The notes under the pieces were generated by a model. The model worked only from the letters and a program-made list of their open reading frames with translations, had not been told where the DNA came from and made no database searches. DNA of 64,000 bases, from contig CAZHXX010000001.1 of NCBI GenBank assembly GCA_964536485.1, positions 149,643-213,642 of the forward strand. The letters are read 5' to 3'. Numbering within the stretch: position 1 is the first letter of the stretch; each line of letters opens with the position of its first letter. The DNA is from an uncultured Candidatus Saccharibacteria bacterium (GTDB taxonomy: Bacteria > Patescibacteriota > Saccharimonadia > Saccharimonadales > SZUA-47). The position numbers were made by a program, and so were the translations under genes. Shown here piece after piece: positions 24,921-34,839 of this stretch.

Positions 24921-26645
24921 ATGGACGCTGTTGCAGAAATAAAATCACGCTTAAATATTGAAGATGTTATCTCTGAATATGTGCAACTAAAGCGCGCAGG
25001 ACGTAATTTTAAAGGTTTGAGCCCGTTCACCAACGAACGTTCACCAAGCTTTGTGGTAAGTCCAGACAAACAGATATGGCACGACTTCAGCTCTGGTAAG
25101 GGTGGCGATATGTTTACGTTCCTCCAAGAAGTAGAAGGGGTTGATTTTAAAGGTGCACTTGAGTTGCTTGCACGCAAAGCGGGTGTTGATCTTGCCGAGT
25201 TTCAGTTAAAGCAGGGCGCGGGTCAGCCACGTTCAAACGAAAAAGAGCGATTATATGACGCGGTAGAACAGGCAGTAAAGTTTTATCAAGTCCAGCTCAC
25301 AAAATTCCACCCAGCGCTTAAATATCTTCGAGAGAAGCGTGGCTACGAAAAGCAAACGTTACTTGATTTTCGGTTTGGCTATTCGCCAGCCTCAGGTACG
25401 GCGTTGCGTGACTACCTTCTACAAAAAGGGTTTCATAGCGACGAACTAAAAAAAGTGGGGCTGTTGTCTGCGCGGGGTGGCGAGAGTTATGACATGTTCC
25501 GTAATAGGATCATGGTTCCACTGCTTGACCCGCAAGGAAGGGCTGTTGGCTTTACTGCACGGCAACTTGTTGACGAGAAAAATTCACCAAAATATATCAA
25601 CACGCCAAGCACAATCCTCTACGATAAGAGCCGGCAAGTCTTTGGCCTGTCACAGGCAAAAGAGGCAGTTAGGAAAAGTGGTTTTGTGGTGGTGGTCGAA
25701 GGAAATCTTGATGTTGTAGCGAGTCATCAGGCGGGTATCAAGCAGGTGGTCGCATCGGCAGGCACTGCGCTTACCACCTTTCATCTGAAAAGTCTCCAAC
25801 GCTTTACCGGAGATATACGTTTGTGTTTTGACGATGATCGCGCGGGCCAGGAAGCAGCCGAACGGGCTATACCACTTGCACAAAGTTTGGGCGTAGACTT
25901 AAGTATCGTGAGCCTGCCAAAGGGCAAAGACCCAGACGAGCTCATACGCGAAAATCCAGAATTGTGGCTTAAGACTATTGAGCAACAACAGTACATGGTA
26001 GATTGGCTTATCCAGCGGATAGCTTCCGGCCTAGATTTAAAGAGTGCGCTTGGAAAAAGGCAGTTCACCAACCGAATTTTAGGTATAGTAAGACAGCTTA
26101 AAGAAACGGTAGAACAAGAACATTATGCACGGCTTCTCGCCGAGCTCACTCACACGAGCTTTGAAACAATTCAGGCAAAACTTCAGGAGCCATCTGGCAC
26201 CACAACGACACTAAAACGAATAAAAACTACAGAAACCGAACTTCCAGAAAAAAAGGAACTACGTGTTTTAGAACAGCACTTGTTGTCTATGGCGTTACAT
26301 AGGGAAAGCATTGCACGGTTACTCGCACCGCTTCCACTTGATGTTTTTAACGAAGAAGCACAAGAAACTGCTCGCTATATCCAGCAACACCCTGGTGTGT
26401 CGCCAAATGACTCAGAATATGGTACTATGTTGACACTTCTATTTGAGGAACATTACCAGCTGACAACAGAAGAGGAGCTCGCGTATCAGGCGAAAAGACT
26501 CCTTTCCAGACTGGTCAATACATATGCAAAACGAAAAAAACAGGCAATTGTCCAGGAGCTGGAAACTGCCAATGAATCAACACAAAAGACATTACTCACA
26601 GCCGTGAAACATCTCGATGAACTCGTGGCACAATTTAGTAACTAG
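24921..26645 (+). CDS. dnaG: DNA primase
   Basis: Zn-ribbon-like N-terminus (ligands substituted, see findings), RNA polymerase core, TOPRIM (VVVEGNLDVV...DDDRAGQ). ATG at 24921 with GATACT at 24908-24913. Confidence 0.92.
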   Translation: MDAVAEIKSRLNIEDVISEYVQLKRAGRNFKGLSPFTNERSPSFVVSPDKQIWHDFSSGKGGDMFTFLQEVEGVDFKGALELLARKAGVDLAEFQLKQGAGQPRSNEKERLYDAVEQAVKFYQVQLTKFHPALKYLREKRGYEKQTLLDFRFGYSPASGTALRDYLLQKGFHSDELKKVGLLSARGGESYDMFRNRIMVPLLDPQGRAVGFTARQLVDEKNSPKYINTPSTILYDKSRQVFGLSQAKEAVRKSGFVVVVEGNLDVVASHQAGIKQVVASAGTALTTFHLKSLQRFTGDIRLCFDDDRAGQEAAERAIPLAQSLGVDLSIVSLPKGKDPDELIRENPELWLKTIEQQQYMVDWLIQRIASGLDLKSALGKRQFTNRILGIVRQLKETVEQEHYARLLAELTHTSFETIQAKLQEPSGTTTTLKRIKTTETELPEKKELRVLEQHLLSMALHRESIARLLAPLPLDVFNEEAQETARYIQQHPGVSPNDSEYGTMLTLLFEEHYQLTTEEELAYQAKRLLSRLVNTYAKRKKQAIVQELETANESTQKTLLTAVKHLDELVAQFSN

Positions 26646-26711
26646 TAAGGATTAAGAAAGGGGAGGCATCTTTTTTTGCGGTAACGTAAACTAATAGGTG
26701 CGAACATTTTA

Positions 26712-27839
26712 ATGGCTAAAAAAGACGAATCGACAAACGCAACCCATCCACTTGATGAAGCGGCAAAAGCGCTTCTAGAACGGGCAACAAAAGATGGCAA
26801 GATTGACCAGAAGGATATTCTTAAAGATATCCCAGAGACGCCAGAGAATCTAGATATACTTGATAAGCTTTATAACGATTTAACAGAGGCAGGCGTTGAT
26901 GTCAGCGGTTCAGTCGTCGAGCCGAACCCAGAGCTGTTTACTGACGAATGGGCCGATGAAGAAGGTGACGAAGAAGAAATAATTCAAGATACCAGCTATC
27001 TTGATGATGTTGCTGATGACTCAGTGCGACTTTACCTGCGAGAAATTGGTAAAATTCCTCTTTTGAATGCGGAAGAAGAACTTGCGTTAGCACAGAAGGT
27101 GGTTGCAGGCGACAAGCGAGCTAAAGACAAGATGGCTGAGGCGAACATGCGTCTGGTTGTCTCTATTGCAAAGCGATATGTTGGGCGTGGACTGGATCTT
27201 CTAGACCTTATTCAAGAAGGTAATACCGGACTTCTTCGCGCTGTTGAAAAGTTTGACCCAGACAAGGGCTTCAAATTCTCAACGTATGCAACGTGGTGGA
27301 TTCGTCAGGCTATTACTCGCGCGATTGCCGACCAAGCACGTACCATTCGTATTCCTGTACATATGGTAGAAACAATTAACAAATTGCTTCGAACTCAGCG
27401 TCGTTTAACACAAGATTTGAACCGCGAACCAACCAACGAAGAAATAGCTGAGGCGATGGAACTTGATGTTGAAAAAGTCGAACACATCATGAAGATTAAG
27501 CAGGATATTTCTAGCCTTGATGCCAGTGTACGTGATGACGAAGAAGACTCAGTACTGCAAGACTTTATTGAAGACGAAGACACCGTAACGCCAGAAGAGT
27601 CTGCAACTGGCCAGCTTCTCAAAGAGCAGGTAAAAGATTTGCTCGGAAGTTTGAGTGAGCGTGAACAAAAGATTTTACGCCTCCGCTTCGGGCTAGAAGA
27701 TGGGAAGCAACACACGCTTGAAGAGGTAGGACAAGAGTTTAGCGTGACCCGTGAGCGTATTCGCCAGATTGAGGCAAAAGCGCTTGCTAAGCTGAAGAAG
27801 CACAAAGACTCTCGCAAGTTTATGGAATATTTGAAATAA
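26712..27839 (+). CDS. rpoD: RNA polymerase sigma factor RpoD (sigma-70)
   Basis: Regions 1.2-4.2 present: [54 protein letters not shown]. Confidence 0.95.
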   Translation: MAKKDESTNATHPLDEAAKALLERATKDGKIDQKDILKDIPETPENLDILDKLYNDLTEAGVDVSGSVVEPNPELFTDEWADEEGDEEEIIQDTSYLDDVADDSVRLYLREIGKIPLLNAEEELALAQKVVAGDKRAKDKMAEANMRLVVSIAKRYVGRGLDLLDLIQEGNTGLLRAVEKFDPDKGFKFSTYATWWIRQAITRAIADQARTIRIPVHMVETINKLLRTQRRLTQDLNREPTNEEIAEAMELDVEKVEHIMKIKQDISSLDASVRDDEEDSVLQDFIEDEDTVTPEESATGQLLKEQVKDLLGSLSEREQKILRLRFGLEDGKQHTLEEVGQEFSVTRERIRQIEAKALAKLKKHKDSRKFMEYLK

Positions 27840-27976
27840 CGGCAAGTCTTTTTAGGGCAGCCGACGGTTTTCCTCGTACTTAGCGGGATAGCCAAGTAAA
27901 TCGTCTATGTCGGCCGCTCTTTTTCCTTAGCTTATTGCTAATCAAAGTTTAAAAATGTGGTGGGAAGGAATGAAAC

Positions 27977-28828
27977 ATGAAGCAAACAATCGAAGTTGAT
28001 CCAGCATTAATTGCTTATAGAACAGTTGCAAATGTCTTTACGGTAGCAACGTTTCAGAATGGCATATTCTCTGCGACAACAGCAGATACCGCAGAGGATA
28101 ATTTAGTCTATCTTCAATTACAATGCGAACAGGATCGTCCATTTGCGAATGGTGCAAAGCCAACAGATTCATTCAAGGTTGCCTTGGGGCAGCTTGTCGG
28201 CGTAAAACGTATTCCTTCACTTTTTGCTGCTGCAGGCCATGAGGAAATTGCCGAGCAATTTTTTAATTCTGGTGCGTTAGCATTCGAAAACCCCGAACAA
28301 CAATACGAGGATGTTTTTGGTCCTGAACCAAACCGAATGGAAGCTTTTTTGATCAGACAAGCTTGCGCAGAACTTGACCCTCGATTCTTATTCGATGTAC
28401 ATCCTGACAGTGATTTAGTTGTTCCCGCAGTGTTCAGTGAAGCTATCCCAGAATCTGAGGAAGCATATCGGACGTTTGTGAGTAATGGGCGTATGGCACG
28501 GCTGTATCATTATATGAAAGAGTACTTGAGAGCTACAGATAAAGAAACGGGTGCGGTAGTCACCGTTACTCCTCCACAACCACCAAAAGCGCATATTGAG
28601 GTCATAGATTGGCAGGACCAAGAACGATTAGTTGCATGCTTTATCAATGCGCATGGTTTTGCCCCTGCAAACGATAGGTACAAAAATTTTGCCGTCTATG
28701 CTGCACATGCTGATGACCTAGAACGACGAACTTCTAGGCTATATAACGACAATTCAACACAAGTATCGCTGCAGGTCTCACATCTTTTAAGAGACTTAAG
28801 TAAAATTAAAGATCCATTAAAGTATTAA
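27977..28828 (+). CDS. hypothetical protein (283 aa)
   Basis: ORF with GGGAAGGAA upstream. No family recognised. Confidence 0.55.
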   Translation: MKQTIEVDPALIAYRTVANVFTVATFQNGIFSATTADTAEDNLVYLQLQCEQDRPFANGAKPTDSFKVALGQLVGVKRIPSLFAAAGHEEIAEQFFNSGALAFENPEQQYEDVFGPEPNRMEAFLIRQACAELDPRFLFDVHPDSDLVVPAVFSEAIPESEEAYRTFVSNGRMARLYHYMKEYLRATDKETGAVVTVTPPQPPKAHIEVIDWQDQERLVACFINAHGFAPANDRYKNFAVYAAHADDLERRTSRLYNDNSTQVSLQVSHLLRDLSKIKDPLKY

Positions 28829-28844
28829 AGGTATACTAGGAGCA

Positions 28845-29411
28845 ATGAGATTAATAGGATTATCAGGGACGAATGGGGCGGGGAAGGACACTGTTGGTGA
28901 GCTTTTGGCAAGCGAGCACAATTTTTTGTTCATTTCGATGACTGACATGCTTCGCGAGGAGGCACTGAACAGAAATTTAGATACAAGTCGTGAAGTTTTA
29001 CGCACTATCAGCGCAGAATGGCGCCGTGAATCAGGCTTGGGCGTGCTTGTAGATAAATCTGTTGAGCACTATGAAAAGCTTGGCGGTGACAGCAAGTACG
29101 CAGGGCTGGTTGTTGCATCTCTACGAAACCCGGGGGAGAATGACAGAGTTCACCAACTAGGCGGAGAAGTTATCTGGGTAGACGCAGACCCGCATGTCCG
29201 GTTTGGTCGTTTGAAAGGACGCATGCGAGCAGACGACCCTGCAAGTTTCGAAGAATTTGTTGCAAGTGAACAAGCTGAAATGCAACGCACAGGTGACGAA
29301 GCTACCTTAAGCATGGCCGAGGTAAAAGATAAAGCCGATAGAATATTTATGAACGATGGTGACGATACGGAACTGTTAAAAATAAGAGTAGCAACTGAGC
29401 TCATTGCTTAG
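28845..29411 (+). CDS. P-loop nucleotide kinase (dNMP-kinase/dephospho-CoA-kinase-like)
   Basis: IGLSGTNGAGKDT Walker A. The layout ...LRNPGE...VIWVDAD...NDGDDTELL resembles T4-type dNMP kinases. Confidence 0.6.
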   Translation: MRLIGLSGTNGAGKDTVGELLASEHNFLFISMTDMLREEALNRNLDTSREVLRTISAEWRRESGLGVLVDKSVEHYEKLGGDSKYAGLVVASLRNPGENDRVHQLGGEVIWVDADPHVRFGRLKGRMRADDPASFEEFVASEQAEMQRTGDEATLSMAEVKDKADRIFMNDGDDTELLKIRVATELIA

Positions 29412-29477
29412 AGGATTAGCCGAAGAACGGCACCCTAATATTTACAATATACTTTTTAGTTGTATAGTAATCATATA

Positions 29478-30542
29478 ATGATTATTGAACCTCTTACGAG
29501 AGCTACTGGTGAGCGCGTTGCTATTTCAGTGATGAGAAATGGCAATGCTTTTGGAGATAAGTCAGATGGTTTACAAGATGGGAACGTATCACCTGCTTTT
29601 TGCCTGGCATTTGGCAAAGAAGCTTGCAAGCTTGCCTGTCAAAATATAGGTCAAAACACGGCTGAACCTAAAATGTGTGCCGAAGAAAACTTGAGCGTTG
29701 CAATTGAGACATTTGGGGTAAGCGCCGATAGATTCGCGCTGGTTATTGCAAACGCCGACAATGTAAAGTTTGGCGATGAGACGGTAAGGGATAAAGAACC
29801 AAAAGGTGAGGGTACTTATACAAAAGTAGAGGACTCAAATGCCTTCTTTTTCCGGCCTGGCTATGACCGGACAGCTGACGGTGAGCCACTTTTAGCTGCT
29901 GGGATGCGAATGGCAGACTGTGGTGCTCTGGTTGTTCGGTTTAGTGATGACGAAGGACGCTTAGTGCATGGAATGGTGCACATGTCTCGTACAAACATGA
30001 GAGGACCTGATGCGTATAAAGATGAACATGTCCTAAACGGCAAGAAAGTTTTTTGGGCAGAATACGTTTTAGGAAGCGCAATTGAGCATTACGGGACAGA
30101 CCCTTCTCAGGTGAGCGTAAGGCTACTTGCCTCCGTTGATCAAGGAACATTTATTCACAACTATGCTAACGAAGCCAAAATGGAAGCCGCATATCCAGGG
30201 TGGGATAAGCTTGGTTTTATGAAAAGAAAAGATGACAAGGCTGAAGATTTTGACTGTGCGATAGATTTTAGAGGGATGATTGGCTGGCAACTTGGGCAGG
30301 CGGTTAAAACTCTTGGGCTAGAGCCAAATTTACTAGATTTAGAAGGTGCTATTAATACGGGTGTTCTCGAGAGTGGCTTCGCTTCGCACTATTTAGCTGC
30401 ACGCCGCAAACTGCTGGTAGCAGAGGGGAGAGACTTGTATCTAATTGGCATTACAAACGCAGAATGGCAAAAAAATCGCATTCGTTATTTGGGGAGCGAA
30501 GTAGGTCGTAGAGTGTATGCCGGCGACAGTGTTACGGATTGA
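29478..30542 (+). CDS. divergent DUF152/YfiH (PgeF)-like protein
   Basis: MADCGALVV...LVHGMVHMSRTNMRG and C-terminal FASHYLAARRKLLVAEGRDLYLIGI resemble YfiH-family blocks (weak). The ATG at 29478 is preferred to the TTG at 29460. Confidence 0.45.
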   Translation: MIIEPLTRATGERVAISVMRNGNAFGDKSDGLQDGNVSPAFCLAFGKEACKLACQNIGQNTAEPKMCAEENLSVAIETFGVSADRFALVIANADNVKFGDETVRDKEPKGEGTYTKVEDSNAFFFRPGYDRTADGEPLLAAGMRMADCGALVVRFSDDEGRLVHGMVHMSRTNMRGPDAYKDEHVLNGKKVFWAEYVLGSAIEHYGTDPSQVSVRLLASVDQGTFIHNYANEAKMEAAYPGWDKLGFMKRKDDKAEDFDCAIDFRGMIGWQLGQAVKTLGLEPNLLDLEGAINTGVLESGFASHYLAARRKLLVAEGRDLYLIGITNAEWQKNRIRYLGSEVGRRVYAGDSVTD

Positions 30543-30603
30543 CAAAAATAATAAAAATTGTTATAATTTAAATATATTTTTTAAGTAAGAAAATACAGAT
30601 ATA

Positions 30604-31269
30604 ATGCCAAATAGAAAATTATCAGATAACGGTGAGACTGTGCGAGTCGCGCCACCTTCAAGATTTGAGGGCCCAAGGCACAGAGAGAGTGTACTGGCTT
30701 TAGCTCGTTCTGCGCTAGAGCTACGAAACAAAGACAGCGAACTTTTCATAGACGCAAAGACAGGCCTCCCAAACAGGCGTGCTTTTGAAAGAGATTTCTC
30801 TGGTCTGCTAAACGAGGCTCGTCCTGGTCAAGTGAGTGTTATATTTTTTGATCTTAATAAATTAAAAAGAGTGAACGACACAGTCGGGTGGCATGCAGGA
30901 GATAAGTATAAGTTAGTAGCTGGAGATACTTTAACAAATGCATTTGGTATCAGACCTTATGACAGAATATATATTCTAGAGGGTGATGAATATTGTGTCA
31001 CTATCGATCACCGTTATGATAAAGGTGTCCCAAATCTAGAAGAGATTACTCAGCGCGTCCAAGGTCAGGTCATAGATAATATTTATATGCATGATGAATT
31101 TACAAATACCACAGGTCTAGGTGTCTCTGCAGGTTGGGATACGTATGCAGAAGGTGATACAGCAGAATCATTATTAGAAAGAGCACACGACAAAATGATG
31201 ATCCAAAAGGGAGAGCTGTATGCACGACCTGAAGAAGCTCATCTTGTAAGAGACGATTTAAGAAGATAA
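30604..31269 (+). CDS. GGDEF-like domain protein with non-canonical EGDEY motif
   Basis: DAKTGLPNRRAF...FFDLNKLKRVNDTVGWHAGDK...ILEGDEYCV...GVSAGW. Short N-terminus; AT-rich upstream region. Confidence 0.75.
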   Translation: MPNRKLSDNGETVRVAPPSRFEGPRHRESVLALARSALELRNKDSELFIDAKTGLPNRRAFERDFSGLLNEARPGQVSVIFFDLNKLKRVNDTVGWHAGDKYKLVAGDTLTNAFGIRPYDRIYILEGDEYCVTIDHRYDKGVPNLEEITQRVQGQVIDNIYMHDEFTNTTGLGVSAGWDTYAEGDTAESLLERAHDKMMIQKGELYARPEEAHLVRDDLRR

Positions 31270-31349
31270 GACTAAGGCGACTTGCTACTTAGGAATACGT
31301 ACCTAATACAGGGGTGTGTTTTCTTTTTTCACAGCGTATACTACTTCTT

Positions 31350-34022
31350 ATGAGTGAGCGCAAAAAACTGGCTATTATTGATGGGAAGAGTGTCTTTTAT
31401 CGTGGCTATTATGCAATGCCAAACCTTAGTACAAAGGATGGCACACCAACCGGTGGGGTCTACGGCTTTTGTGCGATGGCCTTGGAGCTCATTAAGCGCT
31501 TGAAGCCGGACTACGTATGTGTGGCGTGGGATAAGCCGAAGACGAACATTAGAAGACGACTTGAGCTTTTGCCTAGCTATAAGGCAGGGCGTAAACCAGC
31601 GCCACCGGACTTTTATGCGCAAATACCTATTTTGCACGAAGTACTAGAAGCCTTTAACTGGCCACTGTATGAATACGATGATTACGAGGCAGACGACATT
31701 ATGTGTTCGCTCAGTAAGAAGGCTGCCAGTGAAGGCATAGAAACGATGCTTATTAGTAGTGACCTCGATATGTTGCAGTGTTTGAGCCCACTGACGCACA
31801 TGTATGCACTCAAAAAGGGGCTGACAAACATAGAGCGATTCGACCCAGAAAGCTTTGAACAAAAATACGGCATTAGCACTGACCAGTTCTTGGACTTGAA
31901 AGCATTAAAGGGGGACGGCTCTGACAATATCCCCGGGGTACCAGGCATTGGAGAGAAGGGTGCTGCTGATTTGCTCAGAGAATACAAGACATTGGAAGGC
32001 GTGTACGAAAACCTCGCACTGATTAAATCTGGTGTTGCCAAAAAGCTGGAAGCGGGGCGTGAATCTGCCTTCATGAGTAGAGAAGTTGCACGATTGTTTG
32101 ATGACGCGCCTGTGCCACTAGACCTTGAACAAATGGACGTTGCGAAGTTAGATGTTCACTTGCTTGAAAAACTGTTAAAAAAATTAGAGTTTAGGTCATT
32201 ATTACGTAATCTACCAGACGTAATGAAAGTGACATCTAACGATGTTGGAGTTTCGACGATTGATGATAATTCGTACATCAAAAATCAAATATCGAGTATC
32301 AAATTACCAAAGGTTGTTCATATAACCAATGCATCTGGCATGAAGGCTATAACGCTTGACGGTGATGTAGTATTGCATGCAAGAAGCAGTGGCAAGCATG
32401 GTAAAAACCCAACAGTATTATTGCTCTCAGACAGCGAAACTTGTTACGCAGTTGATGTTCGAGGATGGACGTTTGATGATCGTAGAACTGCAGAGCTAAA
32501 ATCGAAAATCGAACAGCTAACATCTGTGTCTGGGCATGATTTAAAGAACTCTTTCAAGGTATTGCTTGAGTTAGGGGTTGAAAGGCTACCGCGTGTTGCT
32601 CATGACACACTGATTGGTGCGTTTATTGTAAACTCTTTGCGACGCGACCAAAGTTTAAGTGAGCAGGCTAGCAACGACCTTGGTTATGAGGTTGAACTTG
32701 AGAATCTTGACGATGAAAAGCTTCTGAGCAAAGCAGGCGAGATAGTAGCGGTAATTTGTGAGCTTGCGAATTTGCAAGGTGAGCAAATGAGCGAGGTGAC
32801 AAGTCTTATTAAAATGGCCGAGACTGTCGATTGGCCGGTGATTCCGGTACTTGCGCGTCTTGAGCGAGCCGGCATGAAGCTAGACCCCGTTTTCTTTAAG
32901 GGCTTAAGCGAGCAGTTAGCAGACCAGATTAGTGATGTTGAACAAACTATTTATGGGCATGCAGATCAAGAATTTAACATCTCAAGCCCGAGCCAGCTTA
33001 GCGAAATATTGTTTGAGAAGCTAGGCCTGCCTGTTGCAGTAAGCAAAAAAGGTAAAGCGGGACACTACAGCACCGCAAGTAACGTACTAGTAAAATTGAA
33101 GGGCATTCACCCGATTATTGAATGCATAGAACAGTACCGTGAGTATACAAAGCTCAAGAGTACCTATGTTGACCCGCTCCCGCTCATGATAGATGAAAGC
33201 AACCGTGTGCACAGCACTATGAACCTCACTATTGCGGCAACCGGGAGACTCTCGAGCATTGATCCAAACTTGCAAAATATTCCGGTTCGGACTGAGCTGG
33301 GGCGCAAGATTCGCGAAGGCTTTATTGCCGAGCCGGGCAACGTGATTATTAGTGCAGACTATAGCCAGTTTGAACTGCGTATAGCTGCTGCGATGAGCGA
33401 TGACCAAGCCATGATAAGTGCCTTTAACGAAGACCGCGACATTCACACCGAAACAGCAGCACTGATTCAGGGAGTTGACCCGAAAGAGGTGACGAAAGAG
33501 ATGCGCTATGCTGCTAAAGCAGTAAACTTCGGTATCTTGTATGGCCAAGGTGTGCATGGCCTGAGCGAGGGAACGGGTATTTCTTATGCAGAAGCAAAGA
33601 AGTTTATAGACAAGTATTTTGAAGTGAGACCAAAGCTTAAGGGCATGATTGAACACTTCCGCGCTGAAGCAAAAGACAGAGGTTATGTAGAAACGGTCAT
33701 GGGGCGCAGACGCCCCACGCCAGATGTGCAGTCGAGCAATTTTATTGTGCGCGAAGGTGCCTACCGTGCAGCGATAAACATGCCGATTCAGGGAAGTGCT
33801 GCCGACCTTACCAAAATGGCCATGGTCGCTATTGAGCCAAAACTGCCAGAAGGAGCATTCCAGATTATGCAAATCCACGACAGCATCATGGTTGAATGCC
33901 GTGAGCAGGATGCAGAAGCCGTGAGCGCGATGATGAAAGAAACTATGGAACAAATCTACCCAGAGCTCGGTGTAAACCTCCGCGTTGACGTATCCATAGG
34001 CAAAAACTGGGGTGAGCTCTAG
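31350..34022 (+). CDS. polA: DNA polymerase I
   Basis: 5' nuclease domain (LAIIDG...YKAGR), an exo-like middle domain, and the pol domain (DYSQFELRI, QIHDSIMVE). ATG at 31350 with TATACT at 31337-31342. Confidence 0.95.
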   Translation: MSERKKLAIIDGKSVFYRGYYAMPNLSTKDGTPTGGVYGFCAMALELIKRLKPDYVCVAWDKPKTNIRRRLELLPSYKAGRKPAPPDFYAQIPILHEVLEAFNWPLYEYDDYEADDIMCSLSKKAASEGIETMLISSDLDMLQCLSPLTHMYALKKGLTNIERFDPESFEQKYGISTDQFLDLKALKGDGSDNIPGVPGIGEKGAADLLREYKTLEGVYENLALIKSGVAKKLEAGRESAFMSREVARLFDDAPVPLDLEQMDVAKLDVHLLEKLLKKLEFRSLLRNLPDVMKVTSNDVGVSTIDDNSYIKNQISSIKLPKVVHITNASGMKAITLDGDVVLHARSSGKHGKNPTVLLLSDSETCYAVDVRGWTFDDRRTAELKSKIEQLTSVSGHDLKNSFKVLLELGVERLPRVAHDTLIGAFIVNSLRRDQSLSEQASNDLGYEVELENLDDEKLLSKAGEIVAVICELANLQGEQMSEVTSLIKMAETVDWPVIPVLARLERAGMKLDPVFFKGLSEQLADQISDVEQTIYGHADQEFNISSPSQLSEILFEKLGLPVAVSKKGKAGHYSTASNVLVKLKGIHPIIECIEQYREYTKLKSTYVDPLPLMIDESNRVHSTMNLTIAATGRLSSIDPNLQNIPVRTELGRKIREGFIAEPGNVIISADYSQFELRIAAAMSDDQAMISAFNEDRDIHTETAALIQGVDPKEVTKEMRYAAKAVNFGILYGQGVHGLSEGTGISYAEAKKFIDKYFEVRPKLKGMIEHFRAEAKDRGYVETVMGRRRPTPDVQSSNFIVREGAYRAAINMPIQGSAADLTKMAMVAIEPKLPEGAFQIMQIHDSIMVECREQDAEAVSAMMKETMEQIYPELGVNLRVDVSIGKNWGEL

Positions 34023-34023
34023 A

Positions 34024-34809
34024 ATGATTGTTGAAGAAGTTCAAAATATCGTTGAGCGTATGTTTACTAAATACCATTATTCAATCAGAATTATTTGTGA
34101 CAACCCCGCGGGTTTTGTTAAAGAGCTTGAAGCGATAGATGACCTTACTCTTTTTGAGAAGCCATATTGTTATAAAAACTCTAATGAAGTAATTGTTTAT
34201 CCACGCCCGTTGAATGTAAAGCTGAGGTATTACTATTTACGAATTCCTGGAAAGAGTAAGAATGAGTGGAAGTATAATGACATTGTTTTCGAAGATTTTA
34301 AAGGTAGCAAAAGTTTTTATGCAGTGTTTACAAAAAAGAAAGGAGCTAAAATACTCTCCGATGAATATTCAAATAGACGTGCGAAGTTGTTATATGAAAA
34401 AGTCGGTGCTTTAGAACAAACATTGAGAACTTGGTATTATGATTTATACGGCTTAGAAAAAATTGATAAAGGTGACAAGCGTACAAAGGACGCAGATCAT
34501 CCCATCGCGCAATTAGAGTTAGGTAAGTTCTTTTATAGCTATTTGTCTGAGCCACCAAGTGATGACTTTTTTCTAGCTAAATATGGTGACGCTAGAAGTG
34601 AAAGAGAGGTTCTTCAGTTAAAAGCCTTAACAAGATTCGATGAGATGTTTCATGATATTAGTAAGGGAGAGTTTAGTAAGTTTATAAACATAAGAAATGC
34701 TATTATGCACTTTAAAGTCTTAACAATTAGTGATGCTCTATTCACTATTGACTTTATTAGCAGGTTCAATACAGAAAATCTTGTAGCGCAATTTCTTAAA
34801 AAGACTTAA
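34024..34809 (+). CDS. HEPN-domain protein (Abi-like), N-terminal domain unknown
   Basis: C-terminal helical half ends with INIRNAIMHF, an Rx4H HEPN motif at 34693-34710. AT-rich. Starts 2 nt after the polA stop. Confidence 0.65.
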   Translation: MIVEEVQNIVERMFTKYHYSIRIICDNPAGFVKELEAIDDLTLFEKPYCYKNSNEVIVYPRPLNVKLRYYYLRIPGKSKNEWKYNDIVFEDFKGSKSFYAVFTKKKGAKILSDEYSNRRAKLLYEKVGALEQTLRTWYYDLYGLEKIDKGDKRTKDADHPIAQLELGKFFYSYLSEPPSDDFFLAKYGDARSEREVLQLKALTRFDEMFHDISKGEFSKFINIRNAIMHFKVLTISDALFTIDFISRFNTENLVAQFLKKT

Positions 34810-34839
34810 CAGTAAAACTTCTTGAAAAGGCTTTAAAGA

